The position numbers and the translations under genes were made by a program. Under the pieces are notes generated by a model, which searched no databases, was not told the DNA's origin, and saw only the letters and a list, made by a program, of their open reading frames with translations. A stretch of DNA of 64,000 bases from Azolla caroliniana. Taxonomy: Eukaryota; Plantae; Polypodiophyta. The stretch lies in assembly GCA_043228905.1 (NCBI GenBank), contig JBHGNT010000001.1:13578001-13642000 (forward strand), given 5' to 3'. This document shows, piece after piece, positions 1 to 12,679 of this stretch (the first letter of the stretch is position 1; the number at the start of each line of letters is the position of its first letter).

Positions 1-714
1 CAACAGTTATAAGGCCCGATTAGTGGCAAAGGGTGTAGAAACACGACATTGACTACAATGAGACCTTCGCGATGGATGCAAAGATGACAATTGTTTATTG
101 CTGGCGGTAGTAGTGGCAAAGGGATGGCACTTGCATCAAATGGATGTAAATAATGTGTTCTTGCAAGGCGATCTTTTTGAATAGGTGTACATGGTACAAC
201 CTCCCGGTTTTCTATCCAAACGAAACACCTCAGTAGTTTGTCGATTGAAGAAGTCGTTGTATGGACTGAAGCAAGCCCCGCATGCCTCAAACATGAAGAT
301 CACACAAAGGTTGCTTAAGATGGGCTTTGCTCCATCAAAATCGGATTCTTCTTGAATAGGTGTACATGGTACAACCTCTCGGTTTTCTATCCAAATGAAA
401 CACCTCAGTAGTTTGCCAATTGAAGAAGTCATTGTATGGACTGAAGTAAGCCCCGCATGCCTCAAACATGAAGATCACACAAAGGTTGCTTAAGATGGGC
501 TTTGCTCCATCAAAATCGGATTCTTCATTCTTCGTTTGGCCGAGTTGGACTGAACCAATTAGTAATCTGCTATATGTCGATGATCTAGTCATCGTCAGTG
601 CCGATCTCAGAGAAATCGGCCGAGTAAGGTCTTAGCTTGCAAAATCATTTGAAATGAAGGACCTCCGGGACCTTCATTACTTCCTCGAAACATGAGGCCG
701 AGTATTGAGTGCCC
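1..714 (+). pseudogene. Decayed Ty1/copia RT fragment (oldest layer, element 0); continues at 10362 beyond nested insertions
   Basis: Plus-strand YKARLVAKG, HQMDVNNVFLQG, LKKSLYGLKQAP, YVDDL motifs with stops. It ends in an RNase H EAEY-like sequence (692-714) that resumes as ..TCEAIWLK at about 10370. Confidence 0.8.
177..526 (+). repeat. 175-bp tandem duplication inside the copia RT fragment
   Basis: TTGAATAGGTGTACATGG...AAATCGGATTCTTC starts at both 177 and 352 with few substitutions. Confidence 0.9.
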
Positions 715-877
715 TGTTGGGAATTCGGTTCCTCTGGATGGGATCCCAATAAGATTCGGACGAGTTGGATCGGACGACCCGAAGGAAGGAACCGAACCGG
801 ACCGGAAGGTATCCAGATGGATCCGGTGTGAACCGGATTCAGGGACATATCTTCAAATATGTTTCTGGTGTGCCTAT

Positions 878-3800
878 TATAGAAAGAAAGAAAGAAAGAA
901 AGATATATTAACGTCTTCTAAGGCCAAATTTGGCCCATGAGACAATATGTGGAATAATGCTCGGCCACAACCGAGTATTCAATCACTTCATTGAGAATTA
1001 CAAACACAGAAATAGGAATGTGGAGATAGATGCACGTATACACAAAGAAACTGTAAATAGGGTTAGAGTACACGAGATGTTAACGTGGAAAACCCTGAGA
1101 GGGAAAAACCACGAGAGCCCACAAACTCTGAACTATCACTATATCAAAGAATACAATAGGGGGCACAGAGGCAACGACCTCGTGCTCACACACTTCACCT
1201 AGTGGTTGTTATAGCAGAGAATCACTTTGTGTCTCTCACTCTTTCTCTCTCTGTTACGCTTTGTACAGCAGTTACAACAACAACACAATGAATGACCAAC
1301 CACACTACAAAGTGTTTGCCCTAAGTCATATTTATACTGATATGACTTTAGGACTATTTACAAATATAGCACCAATGGGCTCTCAGAGACATATTTACAT
1401 ATATGTCACTATATTCGGTGAGAGGTTCTAACTAGGCCTGCATCATCTGGTTCTCACCGGGTCTTCCTTGCAAAGTACACATCATCCGGTTCTCACTGGG
1501 CCTTCATCATCCCATTCGGAGAGACCAAAATCCTAACAAACTCCCCCTTCACTCTGGCATGGGATGTTTGGTTAGTCCAATTCGCTTCCGGCATGCATCC
1601 AGCTTGTCGGGTGTTAGCACTTTGGTCAGCATATTTGACCCGTTCTCCTTCGTGTGGATTTTCCTCAGCATGAACTCCCAATCTTCTAATCGCTCTCGGA
1701 TCCACTGGTACCTATACTGGATGTGCATTGTCCTAGAATGATAGGCAATGTTCTTTGCAAAGTGGATGGCACTCTGATTGTCGCAGTAGAGCCAAATCTG
1801 TGAAACCATCGAGTTGCGGTTTACCTAAGCCGAATTGGAGGCACATACTTGAAGTGCCCTTCAAATACCAGAGTATCCATTTTACCGCATTCCAATGCTC
1901 CTTGCCGGGATTGCTCATAAACCGGCTCACCACTCCGACTGCGTATCCGATATCCAATTGGGTACACACCATTTCATACATTAAGCTCCCGACGGTAGAG
2001 GCATATGGTATCTTCGTCATATCCGCCTTCTCTACCTTCGTCTTCGGGCTTTGCTTACCGGATAACTTGCAGTTTGCCGGGAGTGTCAATCCGACCGGTT
2101 TCGCATCTGACATGTTGAACCGCTGAAGCACCTTTGTCACGTATTTCTCCTGTGACAGCCACAATTGCTTCTTTGACCGGTCCCAGATGATACGCATCCC
2201 CAGTATCTATCTTGCCGGACCCAAGTCTTTCATTGAGAAGGTCCGGTTCAGAGCCTTCTTTAGCATTTGTATCTTGACTTGGTCTCGTCCGACAATCAAC
2301 ATGTCGTCCACGTACAGGAGGAGTATCAGGAAGTCTCCACCTTTGAACTTCTTCACAAATACGCAGTGATCGGCCTGCGTCTTGTGGTACCTTGATCGGT
2401 CATGAAGGATTCAAACTTTCGATACCATTGCCAGGGAGCCTGCTTCAAACCGTAGAGACTCTTCTTCAACTGGCAAACCAGGTGCTCCTTCCCTTTCTTC
2501 ACAAATCCCTCCAGTTGCAGCATGTAGATCTCCTCTTTGAGGTCTTCGTGGAGGAACGTCATCTTCACGTCTAACTGCTCTATCTTGAGGTCCATGCTTG
2601 CCACTATGCTCAGCACCATCCGGATGGAAGTCATCTTTACTACCGAGGTAAATATCTCATCGAAGTCCACGCCCTTCTTTTGCTGGAACCCCTTCACCAC
2701 GATCCTGGCTTTGTATCTTGGGGGATTGTCGGCATCTCCCGGTTTCAGCTTGTACACCCACTTGTTTCGGAGTGCCCTCCTTCCTTTCGGCAACTCCACC
2801 CGGTTCTCATGCATGGAATCCATCTCGTCCTGCATGGCACTCAACCACTTCTGCGTGTGGGTGTCTCTCTTAGCTTCTTCGGTCATCAATACATGCTCTG
2901 GATCCGGAAATCTCCAGGGGGGCCTTCTCTCTCTGAGAGGATATCTGCGTCTTTGGTTTCCAACAACCGGCTCCTCTATTTGTTCTTCATCCGAATCCGA
3001 TTCGGGATCTTGGCCAGTTCCAGTTCCTGCTTCCTCTTCTTCTTCTACCGGTTCGGTGCCCTCTCCGTAATCGTCTTGTTCTTCAAGTGTTAACCGGCTC
3101 TTTGCCGGTTGGGTTTGCATCTCATCAAACCGATCCTTACCGGTCGACTTGGAGTTCATTATCTTCTTCTTCGACTCCCAGTCGGCAAGGGTCTTGTCCT
3201 CCATGAAGATAATATCTTGACTCCGGAAAACCTTCTTGTTGACCGGATCCCACACTCGGTATCTGAACTCATCATCTCCGTATCCGAGGAATATGCAAGG
3301 CTGGGACTTTGGATCCAACTTTGCTCTCCGGTCCTTTGCAACATGCACGTAGGCGAGACACCCGAACACCTTTAGATGCTGGTAAGACACTTCCTTACAG
3401 TCCACACTCTCTGCGACGTGTCTCTGTCCAAGGCTATTGAGGGTGATCTATTTATCACGTACATCGTTGTTGTCAGTGCCTCAGCCCAAAACGTCTTGGG
3501 TAACTTGGCATGTGCTAGCATACTCCGGACCCTCTCCATTATGGTTTGGTTCATCCTCTCGGCCAACCCATTGAGTTCCAGCATCTTCAGCACGGTAAAT
3601 TCGAACAGGATTCCCTTCGAGCGGCAATACTCCTCGAACTGCCCCCGGTATTCTCCTCCATTATTTGCTCAAACCGCCTTCAGCTTCCAGCCGGTTTCTC
3701 TTTCCACCCTTGCATGGAGCTCCTTGAAGATGGATAACACTTGATCCTTCGTCTTCAGCGGTTTGGCCCACAGCTTTCGGTTGTGGTCGTCTATGAACGT

Positions 3801-5839
3801 CATGAAGTACTGCGATCCGGCATGTGACTTCGTGTCCACTTGGCATGTCGATGAATGAGGTTGTCTTCGGCAAGCCGAGTCTTCATCCCCTTCTCACTCA
3901 TGTGACACAGTCTCTTGTGCCACAGCTCACCGGCAGTGTCGGATGCTACGTTCACGTCTTCCTGGCATAACCGGGCATTCATTAGATACAACGTGTTGAC
4001 TTTCCAGGCCCGAGCCACTATTAGGCTCCCTTTGCAGAACTTCATGACACCGTTCCGGATGCTACCTGTGTAGCCTTCATCATCTAGCCGACCGGCTGAT
4101 ATAAGGTTCAGTCGAACCTCCGGAATGTGTCGGACATCCTTCAGCAGCAACTTGCATCCGGTTGATGTCGTCAACAACACATCTCCTATGCCGATAATTC
4201 AGCATGTCCCTTCATTCCCTGTCCGGACACAGCCGTGCTCACCGACTGTGTGGGATGAGAAGAATTTCCAGTCTGGGGTGAGGTGGAACGACGCTCCGGA
4301 GTCGACTACCCATGTTGTCTTGTCGCCAGCAAGGTTCAACTCACTCTCCTCAGTGATGAGCATCAACTCTTCTTCACTTGCCGCGATTGCCGTTGTTCCC
4401 TTCCGGTCCTGTCCTCGCCGATCCGAACCGTTTCGGTTCGGTGACTTCTTCGAATCGGTACTGTCAGTTCCCTTGTCTTTCTGGAAATGCCGACAGTTCT
4501 TCTGGAAGTGCCCCGGCTTGCCGCGATAGAAGCAAGTGGGCCTCCCCCTTGACTTTGACTGTGTTCCCGACTTTTCCCGGTTCTGGGGACTCCAATTCCT
4601 TTGTCTTCCGCGTTCCGATTCGGTAAGGAGCGCTTTGGAGTCAGAGATCACCTCTTTGTCTTTCTTACATGCCTCTTGATCTAGCAAGCTCGACTTGACT
4701 CTTGCTGGGGACAATTGTTTTCCTTCCGGCCCGGCGTTGCCCAAAGTGACAACTAACGTCTCCCAGCTATCCAGAGGGAACTGAGCAGGAGTAGAGCAAG
4801 TACCTCATCGGCGAGAGGTACTTCCAACGAGGTTTCCTGGTGAATCAGCCCTTGGAAGGCATTCATGTGCTCCAGCATGGTATCAGTGTCTTACTAGCTT
4901 CTGGAATACCGAAACCTGATTAACAACATTTTTGTTCTGAAACATAATGTTGATCTTCTCCCACAACTCATGATCCTTGCTCTCTTCATTGAAGTTGTTG
5001 TACAAGCTCATGTCGATGAAGTACCGTATGTACGCCGTTGTCTTCATGTGCATCACCTCCCATATCGTGGCATCGATCTTGTCTGGTCTCTTGCCCCCGA
5101 ACTGAACCGGCAACCAAAGATCTTTAACCTCGAGCATATCCCTCATCTTCGACTTCCACACTGAGTAGTTGGAGCCGGTGAGCTTGAACATGCCGCCAAA
5201 TGAATCTTCCATTTTTTGTGTCGTTTCGCTCTGATACCAGATTATAGAGAATATGCGGAATAATGCTCGTCCACAACCGAGTCTTCAATCACTTCGTTGA
5301 GAATTACAAACATAGAAATAGGAATGTGGAGATAGATGCACGTGTACACAAAGAAACTGTAAACAAGAGAGTACACGAGATGTTAACGTGGAAAACCCTG
5401 AGAGGGAAAAACCACGAGAGCCCACAGACTCCGAACTATCACTATATCAAAGAATACAACAAGGGGCACAGAGGCAACAACCTCGTGCTCACACTCTTCG
5501 CTTGGCGGCTGTTACAGTAGAGAATCACTATGTGTCTCTCACTCTCTCTTTCTGTTACGCTCTGTACAACAGTTACAACAACAACACAATGAATGACCAA
5601 CCACGCTACAAAGTGTTTGCCCTAGGTCATATTTATCCTGCTATGACTTTAGGATTATTTACAAATATAGCCCCAATGGGCTCTCAGAGACATATTTACA
5701 TATATGTCACTTCATCCGGTGAGAGGTTCTAACCGGGCTTGCATCATCCTGTTCTCGCAGGGTCTTCCTTGTCGGGTACACATCATCCGGTTCTCACCGG
5801 GCCTTCATCATCCCATCTGGAGGGACCGAAATCCTAACA
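878..5839 (-). mobile_element. Ty1/copia element A (decayed, full structure); LTRs 878-1538 and 5243-5839
   Basis: TSD CCTAT (873-877, 5840-5844). PBS TGGTATCAGAGC (tRNA-iMet) at 5239-5228, PPT GAAGGGGGAG at 1550-1541. Gag/PR/IN/RT ORF fragments 5212-1549; RNase H partly deleted. Confidence 0.93.
884..943 (-). mobile_element. ~60-bp extremely 5'-truncated LINE 3' end inserted in the LTR of element A
   Basis: (GAAA)n-GATATATTAACGTCTTCTAAGGCCAAATTTGGCCCATGAGACAA matches the LINE end at about 23075-23140. It is absent from the sister LTR (TATAGAGAATATG at 5243). Confidence 0.85.
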
Positions 5840-5938
5840 CCTATAAAGGCTATATTTGTAAATAGTCTTAAAGTCATATAAGCATAAATATGACTTAGAG
5901 CAATCACTATTGTTGTTGTTGTTAGTTGTATCATAGTT

Positions 5939-5974
<36 letters not shown>

Positions 5975-8900
5975 GAGAAGCCACCGGTTGGCGAAGATAC
6001 AGAGCTCGAGGTCGTTTCCTCTGAGTATCCTATTGTACCTCCTTTCTCATATAGTGATAGTTGGAGTTTGTGGGCTCCCGTGGTTTTCCCTATTAGGGTT
6101 TTCCACATAAACACCCTGTGTCATCTCTTCTATGTAACTGTACGAACTTGCATTTCTGTTTTTGTTCTTTAATAAAGTGTTTGAATCTCGGTTGTGGCCG
6201 AGCGCTATTCTGCTCAAACTAATATCAAAGTGAACAAGAAAATGGAAGAGTCATTCGGAAGCATGTTCAAGCTCACCGGCTCCAACTACCAAGTGTGGAA
6301 GTCGAAGATGAGGGACATGCTCGTGGTCAAAGATCTGTGGCTACCGGTACAATTCGGGGACAAGAAACCAGACAGGATCGATGCCATGACATGGGAGGTG
6401 ATGCACATGAAGAAGACGACATACATACAGTGATTCATCGACATGAGCCTATACAACAACTTCAATTAAGAAAGTAAGGCTCATGTGCTCAAGGAGAAAA
6501 TCGGCACCATGCTAGAGAGAAAAAACGTCGTAAATCGGGTTTCGGTATTCCAGACATTAGTGAGACTCCAGTACCATGACGGATCCAGCATGGCGGAGCA
6601 CATGAGTACATTCCAGGGGCTCATAAATCAAACAACTTCGCGTGAAGTACCTCTGGCCGACGAGGTACTTGCATTGCTCTTGCTCGGTTCCCTCCCGGAT
6701 AGTTGGGAGACGCTAGTTGTCACTTTGGGCAACGCCGGGCCGGAAGGAAAGCAGTTGTCCCTAGCAAGGGTAAAGTCAAGCTTGCTAGATGAAGAAGCTT
6801 GCTGGAAGGATCGGGAATCTAGAACCGACCCGAAGGCTTTGGTTACGGAAGATGATAAAAACCGGGGAAGAGGCCGAAATAGGAGTCCCCAAAACTGGGA
6901 CAAATCGGGGACAAGATCAAAGTCAAGGGGGAGGTCGTCTTGCTTCTAGTGTGGGAAGCCGAGGCACTTTCAGAAGAACTGTCGGCATTTCTGAAAAGAA
7001 AGAGGGGCCAACACCACCGATTGGAAGAGGAGTTTAGACTGAAATGGTTCGAACTGGAGAGGTTCGGATCAGAAAGGAACGTCGGCGATCACGACAAGTG
7101 AAGAAGAACTATTGCTAATCACTAAGGAGAATGAGTTAAACCTTGTTGGCAACGAGACAACATGGGTTGTCGATTCCGGATCATTGTTCCACCGGACACC
7201 GAACTGGAAATGCTTCTTGTCCGACAAAGCAGGAGATCCTGGTTGTGTCCAGATGGGGAATGAAGGGTCATGCCGAATTGTCGGCATAGGAGATGCGTGT
7301 TTGAAGACATTAACCGGGTGCAAGTTGCTGTTGAAGGATGTCTGACACATTCCGGAGGTTCGGTTGAACATGATATCAGTCGGTCGGCTAGATGATGAAG
7401 GCTACACGAGTAACATCCGGAACGGAGTCATGAAATTCAGCAAAGGAAGCCTGATCGTGGCTCGAGCCCGGAACATCAACACATTGTACTGGATGCACGC
7501 CCGGATATGCTGGGAAGAAGTGAACGTAGCATCCGACAATGTCGATGAGTTGTGGCACAAGCGACTGTATCATATGAGCCAAAAGGGGATGAGAAGATTT
7601 GCCGAAGATAACCTCATTCCGGAGGTGAAAGAAGTGCATCTTGAGAAGTGCACTGATTGCTTGGCTGACAAGCACCACCAAACCTCCTTCCGGTCAAGAC
7701 CACCAATGAGAAGAAATGCACCACTGAAGCTAGTGCATACGAATGTGTGTCAAATGGACACGAAGTCACATGCCGGATCGGAGTACTTCGTGACGTTCAT
7801 TGACGACCACAACCGGAAGTTGTGGGTCTCACTGTTGAAGACGAAGGATCAGGTGTTCTCCGTCTTGAAGGAGCTCCACGCAAGAGTGGAAAAGGAAACC
7901 GGCCGGAAGCTAAAGGTGTTGGAGCAAATAACGGAGGCGAATTCGGATGCAGTTTGAGGAGTACTACAGGTCAAAGGGAATCCGGCTCGAATTCACCGTG
8001 CCGAAGATGCCAGAATTGAACGGTCTGGCTGAACAAATGAACCGGACCAAAATGGAAAGAGTCTGAAGTATCCTAGAAATGCAAAGTTATCCAAGATGTT
8101 TTGAGCTGAGGCCATATGTGATTAACAGATCACCCTCAACACCCTTGGCAGGAGACACACCACAGAGAGTATGGACCAGTAAAGACATGTCTTACCGGCA
8201 TATGAAGGTATTCAGCTGTCTCACTTATGTGCATGTTGCAAAAGATAAGAGAGCAAAGTTGGATCCAAAGTCCTGGCCATGCATATTCCCTGGATACAAC
8301 GATGATGAGTTTGGCTACTAAGTGTGGGACTTAGTCGACCAGAAGGTGTTCCGGAATCAAGACATAGTCTTCATGGAACACAAGACTATTACGAACTAGG
8401 AGTCGGAGAAGAAGATAGCAGACTACAGATTGACCAAGAGAGATCGGTCAAAAGACACAAGGACGTAAGCCAGACAACACTAGAAGAACCCGTCAAGACC
8501 CCTTATCAGATTCGGATGAAGAACAAACAGAGGAACTAGTAGTTGAAGGAAGACCAATGACGGAAAGAGAATAGCCCCCCAGAAATTTCCGGATGCAGAG
8601 CACATATTTCTGACCGATGAGGGTGAGCCGGAAAGCTTCGAAGAAGCAAAGAAAGACACCCACAGTTGCAAGTGGTTGAGTGCCATGCAGGACGAGATCG
8701 ATTCCCTACATGAGAACCACACATACGAATTGACGGAGTTGCCGAAAGGAAAGAGGGCACTCTTGAACAAGTGGGTGTACAAGCTCCTCGGAAATGGTAC
8801 CGGAAGTTCGACTCCTTCATGATCAACCAAGGGTACCACAAGACGCAAGCCGACCACTGCGTGTTCGTGAAGAAATTTGACGGAGGTGATTTCCTGATAC

Positions 8901-10361
8901 TCCTACTATATGTAGATGACATGTTGATCGTCAGACCAGAACGAACCAAAATCGGAAATCTGAAGAAGGCTTTGAACCGGACCTTCTAAATGAAAGATTT
9001 GGGTCCGGCGAGATAGATACTGGGGATGCACATAATCCGGGACTGGTCAAAGAAATTGCTATGGTTGTCACAGGTGAAGTACGTGATAAAGGTGCTTAAA
9101 CGGTTCAACATGTCCACTGTGAAACCAGTCGCGTTGACACTTCCGGAAAAGTGCAAGTTGTGTGGAAAGTAGAGCCCAAAGACAAAGGCAAATATGTCGG
9201 ATACGCAATTGGAGTGGTCAACTGGTTCATGAACAATCCGGAAAGAAAACACTGGAACACGGTCAAGTGGATACTCCAGTACTTCAAAGGCACCTCGAGT
9301 ATGTGCCTCCGGTTCAGCTTAGGTAAACCCCAATTGGAATGCTTTACAGATTTGGATATGTTGCTTGTTGCGGACACCATCCGATCCACATCCAGATACG
9401 TCATGACATATGCAGGGGGAGCCGTGTCGTGGCAGTCGAGGCTGCAGAAGTTCGTTGCACTGCCAACAACGGAAGCGGAGTACATGGCAGTTGTGGAAGC
9501 CGGCAAGGAACTAATTTGGATGAAGGACTTCATCGGAGAGCTAGAGATTCAACAAAAGAAATATTGACTCTATTGCAACAGCGAAAGTGCCATCCACCTT
9601 GCTAAGAACACCGCCTACCATTCCTGGACCAAGCACATCCAGAGAAGATATCTCTGGCTCCAGGAGAAGGTAGAATATCAAGGCTTCGCGCGGACGAAGA
9701 TCCACTCAAAGAGAACGGGTTGGAGATGCAGACCAAGGTGCTGTCAGACGAAAAATTGGACACGTGCGGGAGACGGATCGGACTAACGAGAAATCCCATG
9801 CCGGAATTAAGGGGGAGTTTGTTGGGAATTTGGTCCCTTTGGCTGGGATCCGAATGACATCCGAAGAAGCCGGATCGGACGAGCTGAAGGAAGGAACTGA
9901 ACCAGACCGGATGGTATCCGGATGGATCCGATTTGAACCGGATCCAGGGACATATCTGCAAATATGGTTTTGGTGTGGCTGTAAAGGCTATATTTGTAAT
10001 TATTCTTAAAGTCATATAAGTATAAATATGACTTAGGGCAACCACTATTGTTGTTGTTAGTTGTATAGAGAGAGAGATTGAAGAGAAGCCGCCAATTGGC
10101 GAAGATATAGAGCTCGAGGTCATTGCCTTTGAGTCTCATGTTGTACCTCATTTTTCATATAGTGATAGTTGGAGTCTGTGGGCTCCCATGGTTTCTCCCT
10201 ATTAGGGTTTTCCATGTAAACATCTTATGTCGTCTCTTCTATGTAAGTGTATGAACCTCCATTTCTGTTTTTTGTTCTTTCATAAAGTGTTTGAGTCTTA
10301 GTTGTGGCCGAGCGCTATTCCGCACAAACTTCTCGGTTATGGCCGAGTGCTATTCCGCACA

Positions 10362-12675
10362 GGCCGGTTGCCACCACGTGTGAAGCCATTTGGCTCAAAA
10401 CGCTATTAGAGGATCTGCATGTAGAGTTGTCTGAGCTGACAGTCATATACTGGGACAAATTTAGCAGCATCCAATTAGCGAAGAACCCTTTCTTCCACAC
10501 CCGAACACAACATACCGAGGTGCACTACCATTTTGTCCGCAAGCGAGTCCTTTCCAGAGAAGTCGAACTTCTTCCTGTTTCAACCGATCGGCAGGTTGCC
10601 AATATCTTCACCAAACCTCTTGGTCTAGACAAGTTGCTACAATTCTCGGGCATACTTGTTCCGCAACACCTCAATATGCCGAACTTGAGGGGGAGGAGTG
10701 AAGTTGAAATGGAGAGAGACGAAGTTCGAAGAACAAAATTAGATGCAGAATTCGATTTTGGCACGACTAAAGAAGTCGAAACGTTCAGATTGGCTGGAGA
10801 AGCTGAGAATGCATGCACAGATGGGAGAAGATCAGCTAAAGAGAGACTAGCCAGATGCAGGGGGAGCAGCTGAAAGAGAGAGCCGAAGCCAGAAAAGGGA
10901 AGTAAAGCCAAGAAGGGCAAGGAAGGTGGTAGAGTGGAAAAGGATAGAGCCAACCGAGCAAATGCCAAGACCAAGACATGGGCAGATGTGGTCAAAGGCC
11001 TAAGGGAGGACGAATTGGAGACAGCCAATTCGGACAAGAATTGGAACGAATCAGAACCAGGTGATTCGGACGAGCTGAATTACACAGAGGCCAAGCAAAT
11101 GAGGAGCCAGTCGAAGCCAACGCTGACACAGAGGAGCCGATGGGTCAAGGGGCACCAATACTGCGAGAGCAAGGGAGCTGACAAGGGCTATGGAATCAGA
11201 CAAGCCGACCGCCAGGGTCGAGGTGTGTGGAACCAGACGGGTCGAGGAGCGCCGGACCGAAGGGGTCGTGCGACACAAGGCCTAACTAGATGAGGAGCAC
11301 GAGCGAGGCAACGAGGTGCCAAAAAAAGAGGTTGGATTGATGAACCAGTGGGAGCTGACACGAAGGGACCTCAAGTTGAGCTTGAGGGGGAGTGTTGAGA
11401 GACAAGCTCAACAATGGCCTGATTCGGCTAATGAAGCCGAGATACAAGAACCAACGGTCGAGGGCTGTGAGCTGAGGATTCGACTGAAGAAGCCGAGAAC
11501 CGAGGGATAGGGGCCAAGGGTCGTGAGCCGAGTAGGAAAGATTTCGAAAGGCCGTTGAGGGTCTATATTCCTATTATAGTAAATAGGAATATTGTAGACA
11601 GATTTAGTGTCAAGCTCATTTATGAGCATTCAAGTATTGATGGTACTTGTGTCAGCCCACTTGTGAAATGCTTGTATATAAAGTGCTCATCAATCACAAT
11701 GCATGTACAGAGCATTCCTTATTCATAATAGAAGTTGTCATCTGATCTCTCTATCTCTCTCTCTCATACCATTCTCTATGTTTACCTAATTGTCGAGTTT
11801 CCGAACCAATTGTGTACTCGGTGTCTATCGCACACGCTTCCGCACACATATTTCTTTTCACTTCAGGATGACTCGCCCCTGCAATAGGACTTTGGCGATG
11901 TTGAGTCATCCTCCCCTTCTTCAGGATCAATAGACAAGGTCTTAGCCGGCTGGAGTAGGCCTTGCCCCTTAGCCCATTTGCATGTGTTAGTAGAATCGAC
12001 TCTATCGTTTACGACTCGCACTTTTTCAACTTTGCATTTTTCAATTCTTCTTAAGTAGACTCTCTCTTGTGTTAGAAATTGACGCTTTCAATTTCTTCAC
12101 CTCTCGGCCACAACCGAGGAAACACGAATCAGTGCAGCAGTAAATCGAAAACACAAAGAGAGACTCGAATGCACAGGGTTTAACGTGGAAAACCCTAGAC
12201 GGGAAAAACCACGGGAGTGCAAGACTCCAACTATCACTATACGCAGGGAATGTACAATGGCGAGCTGCAAGGCGACGACCTTGAGCTCGCTGTCCTCGCC
12301 ACAGGCGGCGGTATTACACAGAGGCGTCGACCTCTTCCTTACTCTCTCTCTCTCTCTCACTCTCTCTCTCTAAGTGAAAACAGAAAAATGAGCAACAACC
12401 AACAAAACTGTTTGCCCTAAGTCATATTTATACACATATGACTTTCGGGCTATTTACAAATATAGCCACAAGGGCCCTTGGCAAACATATTCACAAATAT
12501 GTCCCCGCATCTGGATCTCTCTCCGGGTACATTCGTCATCCGGCTCCGTAGCCGGGGTCTTCATCATCCGGATCCGGAACCGGGTCTTCATTCCCGATTC
12601 CCGGACATCTGACCATCCCATCCGGAGGGACCGTAATCCCAACATCTTGGTTAGTTGATGCGAGCTTCATCAACA
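10362..12675 (+). mobile_element. 3' part of copia element 0: RNase H, ~700-bp spacer, PPT and 3' LTR (11393-12675, interrupted by a solo LTR)
   Basis: RTQHTEVHYHFVR..QVANIFTKPL motif. PPT TTGAGGGGGAG directly before TGTTGA (11393); LTR closes TCAACA at 12675. Confidence 0.8.
12070..12644 (-). mobile_element. Solo LTR, related to the A/B LTR family
   Basis: TG...CA ends; TSD TCTTG (12065-12069, 12645-12649); shares the family hairpins. Confidence 0.9.
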
Positions 12676-12679
12676 TCTT

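Larger units (their letters stand above)
715..10361 (+). mobile_element. Ty1/copia element B (decayed); its 5' LTR (715-877 + 5845-~6216) is interrupted by element A; 3' LTR 9820-~10326/10361
   Basis: Both LTRs begin TGTTGGGAATT (715, 9820). PPT AAGGGGGAG lies before 9820 and a degenerate PBS TAATATCAAAG at about 6220. Gag (6241), protease WVVDSG, integrase, RT YVDDML and RNase H fragments occur in copia order with many stops. TSD not clearly preserved. Confidence 0.88.
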
